A stretch of DNA of 64,000 nucleotides from Solirubrobacteraceae bacterium (GTDB taxonomy: Bacteria; Actinomycetota; Thermoleophilia; Solirubrobacterales; Solirubrobacteraceae), in assembly GCA_036490875.1 (NCBI GenBank), contig DASXDA010000001.1:3402-67401 (forward strand), written 5' to 3'. Position 1 is the stretch's first letter; every line of letters starts with the position of its first letter. Position numbers and translations under genes: made by a program. The notes under the pieces are model-generated. The model saw only the letters and a program-made list of their open reading frames with translations. It did no database searches and was not told the origin of the DNA. Shown here piece after piece: positions 59,670 through 64,000 of this stretch.

Positions 59670-60602
59670 GTGGAGGATCGTCGACAGCTGGTGCTCGAGC
59701 TGGCCAGGCGGCTGCGCGAGCGGGTGCTACCGGAGCTTGGGTCGCATGCCGGCCGCGCCGCTTCGGAGGCCGGGGCGGGCGGCGACGTGACGTTCGCGGT
59801 CGACGAGCTCGCCGAGTCAGAGCTCCAGGAGTTCCTCGCGGATCGCGCGCCGCGGATCGCGTACTACTCGGAGGACCGTGGGCTGGTCGCCGCGCCCGAC
59901 GCGGTCGACGTGCTCGTCGTCGATCCGATCGACGGCACCCGTCCGGCGATGGCGGGGCTCGAGTCCGCCTGCGTCGCGGTCGCGCTCGCGCCGCTGGGCG
60001 ACGGGCACCCGACGATGGACGACGTCGAGCTCGGCTGCGTCGTCGAGATCAAGACCGGCGACTGGTATCTGGCTGAGCGCGGCGCCGGCGTGGAGTCGTC
60101 GCGGCCGGTGGCGCTCAGCGAGAACGCCGAGGTGAGCGGGATGTTCTGGGCCTACGGATTCCGAGGACGGCCGGTGCGCCCCTCGGTCGAGGTGCTCGGG
60201 GACCTGATCGACGCGTCCTCGGTCGGCGGTGGGACATTCGAGCTCGGGTCGCAGTCGTTCGCGATGACTCGGGTCGTGACCGGCCAGCTCGACGCCGTCG
60301 TCGAGGTCGGCTCGCGGCTGATCGACGACGTCCCCGGGATGCTCGAGCAGTTCCAGCGGGTCGGGCGCGGCGAGATCCTGAACAACTCGCCCTACGACCT
60401 CGCGGCGCCGTGGCTGTGCCTGCGCGAGGCCGGCGGCGTCGTCACCGACGGATGGGGCGAGCCGCTCGACCACCACCGGCTGCTCGGGTCCGGCCACGAC
60501 TACCAGATGTCCTCGATCTCGGCGGCCAACCGCCGGCTACACGACGAGCTCGTGCGGGCGGTCGACGAGGGGATCGCGCGGCTGCGGGCTGCGGGACCCT
60601 GA
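59670..60602 (+). CDS. Inositol monophosphatase/FBPase (FIG) family phosphatase
   Basis: GAGGDVTFAVDELAE, SED, VDPIDGT, YDLAA. Confidence 0.85.
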   Translation: MEDRRQLVLELARRLRERVLPELGSHAGRAASEAGAGGDVTFAVDELAESELQEFLADRAPRIAYYSEDRGLVAAPDAVDVLVVDPIDGTRPAMAGLESACVAVALAPLGDGHPTMDDVELGCVVEIKTGDWYLAERGAGVESSRPVALSENAEVSGMFWAYGFRGRPVRPSVEVLGDLIDASSVGGGTFELGSQSFAMTRVVTGQLDAVVEVGSRLIDDVPGMLEQFQRVGRGEILNNSPYDLAAPWLCLREAGGVVTDGWGEPLDHHRLLGSGHDYQMSSISAANRRLHDELVRAVDEGIARLRAAGP

Positions 60603-60660
60603 GGACGGCGCGCGGTATCGTCCGGCCGCCGTCGTTCGTGCGCCCGGGGCGCACCGCCCA

Positions 60661-61893
60661 ATGCTCCAACCTGTCTCCGTAGCCCAGAAGAGCCTCGCCG
60701 ACTACGCGAGCATCGTCGGCCGCCAGCTGGTCGACGAGATCCGCGAGCTCGCCGCGCAGCTCGAGGGCAAGCGCGTCCTGCACGTATCGGCGACCGCGTT
60801 CGGCGGCGGCGTAGCGGAGATCCTGAACACGCTCGTGCCGTTGATGCGCGACGTCGGGCTCGACTGCGAGTGGCACGTGATCTACGGCCGCGAGGAGTTC
60901 TTCAACACCACCAAGCTGATGCACAACGCGCTCCAGGGCAACCCGGTGGGGCTCGACGAGGAGCAGTGGAACATCTGGCAGCGGTACAACGAGGTCAACG
61001 CCTCGCAGCTGTCGGAGGGCTGGGACGTGTGCATCGTCCACGACCCGCAGCCGGCGGCGATCCCGTCGCTGGTGCCCGAGAAGGCGCGCAACTGGGTCTG
61101 GCGGTGCCACATCGATCTGTCAAGCCCGAATCAGGACACGCTCGCGGGGCTGCTGCCGTACCTCGAGCCCTACCAGGCCGCCGTCTTCCACATGCAGCAG
61201 TACGTGCCACCGGCGATCGACGGCCGTGCGCATATCCTGCCGCCGGCGATCGACCCGCTCGCGCCGAAGAACATGGCGTTCTCGCCCGAGGACGCGATCT
61301 ACATCTGCGAACAGTTCGGGATCGACGTCGACCGCCCGTTGCTCTGCCAGGTGTCGCGGTTCGACCCATGGAAGGACCCGCTCGGAGTGATCGACGCGTA
61401 CCGGATCGTCAAGGACGAGATCCCCGACGCGCAGCTCGCGCTCGTCGGGTCGATGGCGACCGACGATCCGGAGGGGTGGGACTACTTCAACGCGACGGTC
61501 GCCCACGCCGACGGCGACCCCGACATCCACATCCTCAACAACCTCAACAACGTCGGGGCGATCGAGGTCAACGCCTTCCAGTCCCACAGCGACGTCGTTA
61601 TCCAGAAGTCGACCCGCGAGGGGTTCGGGCTGACCGTGACCGAGGCGATCTGGAAGGCGCGGCCGTTCATCGGCGGTGCGGTCGGGGGGATCCCGCTGCA
61701 GGTGACCGACGGCGAGTCCGGGTTCCTCGTCAACACCGTTGAGGAGTGCGCAGCACGGGCGCTCGAGGTGCTCCACGACCCCGCTCTCGGCAAGCAGCTC
61801 GGGCGCGCCGGCAAGGAATCGGTCCGCCGGCGCTTCCTGATGCCCCGGCTGCTGCGAGACTGGTTGAGCGTGTTCGAGCAGCTCGACGTCTGA
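60661..61893 (+). CDS. treT: Trehalose glycosyltransferring synthase TreT (GT4)
   Basis: LHVSATAFGGGVAEIL, HDPQP, WRCHID, QVSRFDPWKD, QKSTREGFGLTVTEA. Confidence 0.88.
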   Translation: MLQPVSVAQKSLADYASIVGRQLVDEIRELAAQLEGKRVLHVSATAFGGGVAEILNTLVPLMRDVGLDCEWHVIYGREEFFNTTKLMHNALQGNPVGLDEEQWNIWQRYNEVNASQLSEGWDVCIVHDPQPAAIPSLVPEKARNWVWRCHIDLSSPNQDTLAGLLPYLEPYQAAVFHMQQYVPPAIDGRAHILPPAIDPLAPKNMAFSPEDAIYICEQFGIDVDRPLLCQVSRFDPWKDPLGVIDAYRIVKDEIPDAQLALVGSMATDDPEGWDYFNATVAHADGDPDIHILNNLNNVGAIEVNAFQSHSDVVIQKSTREGFGLTVTEAIWKARPFIGGAVGGIPLQVTDGESGFLVNTVEECAARALEVLHDPALGKQLGRAGKESVRRRFLMPRLLRDWLSVFEQLDV

Positions 61894-63353
61894 TGTCGGA
61901 AGCACCGCTGGTCCTGGTCTCCAATCGCGGGCCGGTCACCTTCGGGCCCGACGGGGAGATCCGTCGCGGGACCGGAGGGTTGGTGACCGCGCTGATCGGG
62001 CTCGCGTCGTATCGGGACGTGACCTGGGTCGCCTCGGCGATGACCGATGAGGACGTCGCCGAGGTCCAGCGCAACGACGGCCGCGCGTTCGCGGTCCACA
62101 CCCACGACGGCGACGAGTACTTCGTGAAGCTGGTCGTGTCGGACCCGGAGGCGTACGACCGCTTCTACAACATCATCGCCAACCCGATGCTGTGGTTCAT
62201 CCAGCACTATCTGTGGGACCAATCGAACGCCCCGGACATCCGCCGCAACGAGACCGAGGCGTTCGAGTTCGGCTACAACGTGGTCAACGAGGACCTCGCC
62301 CGCGCGGTACTCGAGGAGATCGACGGAACCGACGAGCCGGTGGTGATGGTCCACGACTACCACCTGTACACGCTCCCGGGCCTGATTCGCCGTGCCCGTC
62401 CCAACGTGTTCCTGCACCACTTCGTCCACATCCCATGGAGCCAGTCGGACTCGTGGCGGGTGCTGCCGAAGATGCTCCGCGACGAGATCTACGACGGGAT
62501 CCTCTGCAACGACATCATCGGATTCCACACGCAGCACTACACGAACAACTTCCTGCAGTGCTGCGAGGACCTGATGGGCTACGACGTCGACTTTGGCAAC
62601 GGGATCGTGTTCTGCGGTGAGAGAGAGGTGTGGGTCCGCACCTACCCCTTGCCGATCGACGCCGGCGCCGTCCAGAGCGTCGCCCGGCGGCCGCGGACGC
62701 GCGAGTTCGAGCGGGACCTGCTGCGGCGCCGGCGCGACTACCTGATCCTCCGCGTCGATCGTGCCGACCTGTCGAAGAACGTGCTGCGCGGCTTCAGCGC
62801 CTTCGACGTGTTCCTGGAGCAGCACCCCGAGTTCCGCGAGCGGATCACGTTCATCGCCCAGCTGATGCCGTCCCGGACCGACATCCCCGAGTACGCCGAG
62901 TATCTGGAGCGGATCGAGGCGGTCGTGGCGGTCGTCAACCACCGCCACGGCTCGCCCGACTGGATGCCGATCCAGCTGAAGATCCGGGACGACCTGGAGG
63001 AGGCCGTCGCCGCCTACAAGCACTACGACGTGCTGATCGTCAACGCGATGTTCGACGGGATGAACCTGGTGGCGAAGGAGGGCCCGATGGTCAACGAGCA
63101 CGCGGGCGTTTCGATCCTGAGCGAGAACACCGGCGCCCACGACGAGCTCGGGGAGTACGCGCTGTCCGTCAACCCGTTCGATATCCAGGAGCTCGCCGAC
63201 TCGATCCACGCGGCGCTGACGATGCCGCTGGATGAGCGGCGTCGACGGCACGAGGGCCTGAAGTCGATCGTCACCGCCCGGAACCCCGGGGACTGGGTGG
63301 ACGAGCAGCTCGCGGACATCCGGCGGAAGGCCGGGGTCGCGAAGCACGCGTAG
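61893..63353 (+). CDS. otsA: Trehalose-6-phosphate synthase (GT20)
   Basis: VSNRGP, GGLVTAL, HDYHL, HIPW, DRADLSK, DGMNLVAKE; ATG overlaps treT TGA. Confidence 0.88.
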   Translation: MSEAPLVLVSNRGPVTFGPDGEIRRGTGGLVTALIGLASYRDVTWVASAMTDEDVAEVQRNDGRAFAVHTHDGDEYFVKLVVSDPEAYDRFYNIIANPMLWFIQHYLWDQSNAPDIRRNETEAFEFGYNVVNEDLARAVLEEIDGTDEPVVMVHDYHLYTLPGLIRRARPNVFLHHFVHIPWSQSDSWRVLPKMLRDEIYDGILCNDIIGFHTQHYTNNFLQCCEDLMGYDVDFGNGIVFCGEREVWVRTYPLPIDAGAVQSVARRPRTREFERDLLRRRRDYLILRVDRADLSKNVLRGFSAFDVFLEQHPEFRERITFIAQLMPSRTDIPEYAEYLERIEAVVAVVNHRHGSPDWMPIQLKIRDDLEEAVAAYKHYDVLIVNAMFDGMNLVAKEGPMVNEHAGVSILSENTGAHDELGEYALSVNPFDIQELADSIHAALTMPLDERRRRHEGLKSIVTARNPGDWVDEQLADIRRKAGVAKHA

Positions 63354-63400
63354 GGCTTTCGCCGCGCGACGCGCTGCCTTAAGGGCCGGGTCACCCCGGA

Positions 63401-63443
63401 CTTTGCGGCTTCATACACCCATTTGGTGTATGGAACCGCGAAG
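63401..63443. terminator. Long hairpin between convergent genes
   Basis: CTTTGCGGCTTCATACACC-cattt-GGTGTATGGAACCGCGAAG. Confidence 0.55.
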
Positions 63444-63452
63444 ACCGCGTCC

Positions 63453-64000
63453 TCAGTCCGCGAGCGTGCGGCCCTCGCCCAGCAGCTCGACGTACATCGC
63501 GATCCGCTTCTCCCGCGCGCCCGGATCCGCGACGTTGTGCAGGCGATAGAGGAACGCGTACCGGGTCGAGCCGGTCAAGGTCGCGAAGAACGCGGCGGCC
63601 TCCGGGTTCGCGTCGAGCGCCCGCTGGAAGTCCTCGGATACCTGCACCTGGCTCTGGGCCGGATATGCCGCCTCCCACCGGCCGTCGGCCTTGGCGGCCT
63701 CGATCGCCGCCAGGCCCGCCGGATGCATCCGCCCTTCGTCGATCAGCCGCCCGGCCTTCTCGACGTTGTTCTGCGACCACTTGCTGCGGGCCCGACGGGG
63801 TGTGAACCGCTGCAGGTAGAAGTGCTCGTCGTGCCGGCGGGCCTGGCCGTCAATCCAGCCGTAGCACAGCGCCTCCTCGAGCGCCTCCGCGTAGGAGACG
63901 GTCGCCGTCGGCGAGCCCTTCTTCGCGAACTTCAGCCACACGCCGTCCTGGGAGTTGTGGTTGGCCTCGAGCCAGTCCCGCCAGGCGGTCTGATCCCTTG
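63453..64000 (-). CDS. YdeI/OmpD-associated family protein (5' end beyond window)
   Basis: WRDWLEANH..GVWLKF, EALCYGWIDG, FTPRRARSKWS, AFF..L...TR. Confidence 0.9.
   Translation of the reverse strand, partial: RDQTAWRDWLEANHNSQDGVWLKFAKKGSPTATVSYAEALEEALCYGWIDGQARRHDEHFYLQRFTPRRARSKWSQNNVEKAGRLIDEGRMHPAGLAAIEAAKADGRWEAAYPAQSQVQVSEDFQRALDANPEAAAFFATLTGSTRYAFLYRLHNVADPGAREKRIAMYVELLGEGRTLAD

Overview
High-GC actinobacterial chromosomal window; gene content and style suggest Thermoleophilia/Solirubrobacterales (inference). 1-15.7 kb: envelope-glycan locus with two ~1400-aa AftD/DUF3367-like GT-C paralogs, two further GT-C-like genes, a SAM methyltransferase, a GT4, a Wzx flippase and a clan GH-A glycosidase. 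15.7-34 kb: propionyl-CoA carboxylase beta subunit, split methylmalonyl-CoA mutase, polar amino-acid ABC transporter, moaD-moaE fusion/selA/hydrolase/selB, UDP-glucuronate decarboxylase, priming glycosyl-1-phosphate transferase, TetR. 34-48 kb: Opp-type ABC operon, tRNA-Arg(CCT), tandem uncharacterised GT-C-like paralogs, pyrE, L,D-transpeptidase, CPBP protease, esterase. 48-64 kb: PIG-V-like mannosyltransferase, class A PBP, infA, thiL, a hidden FlgM-like ORF with a sigma28-type promoter, sortase plus a degenerate M28/Gaa1-like membrane protein, a two-component system, and IMPase-treT-otsA. No integrase, transposase or CRISPR array was seen. Best leads: sortase + Gaa1-like + PIG-V-like genes (possible glycolipid-anchoring pathway, speculative), the duplicated aftD-like locus, the truncated FlgM, and several structured intergenic elements. 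All product calls come from motif recognition by eye; no database search was run.
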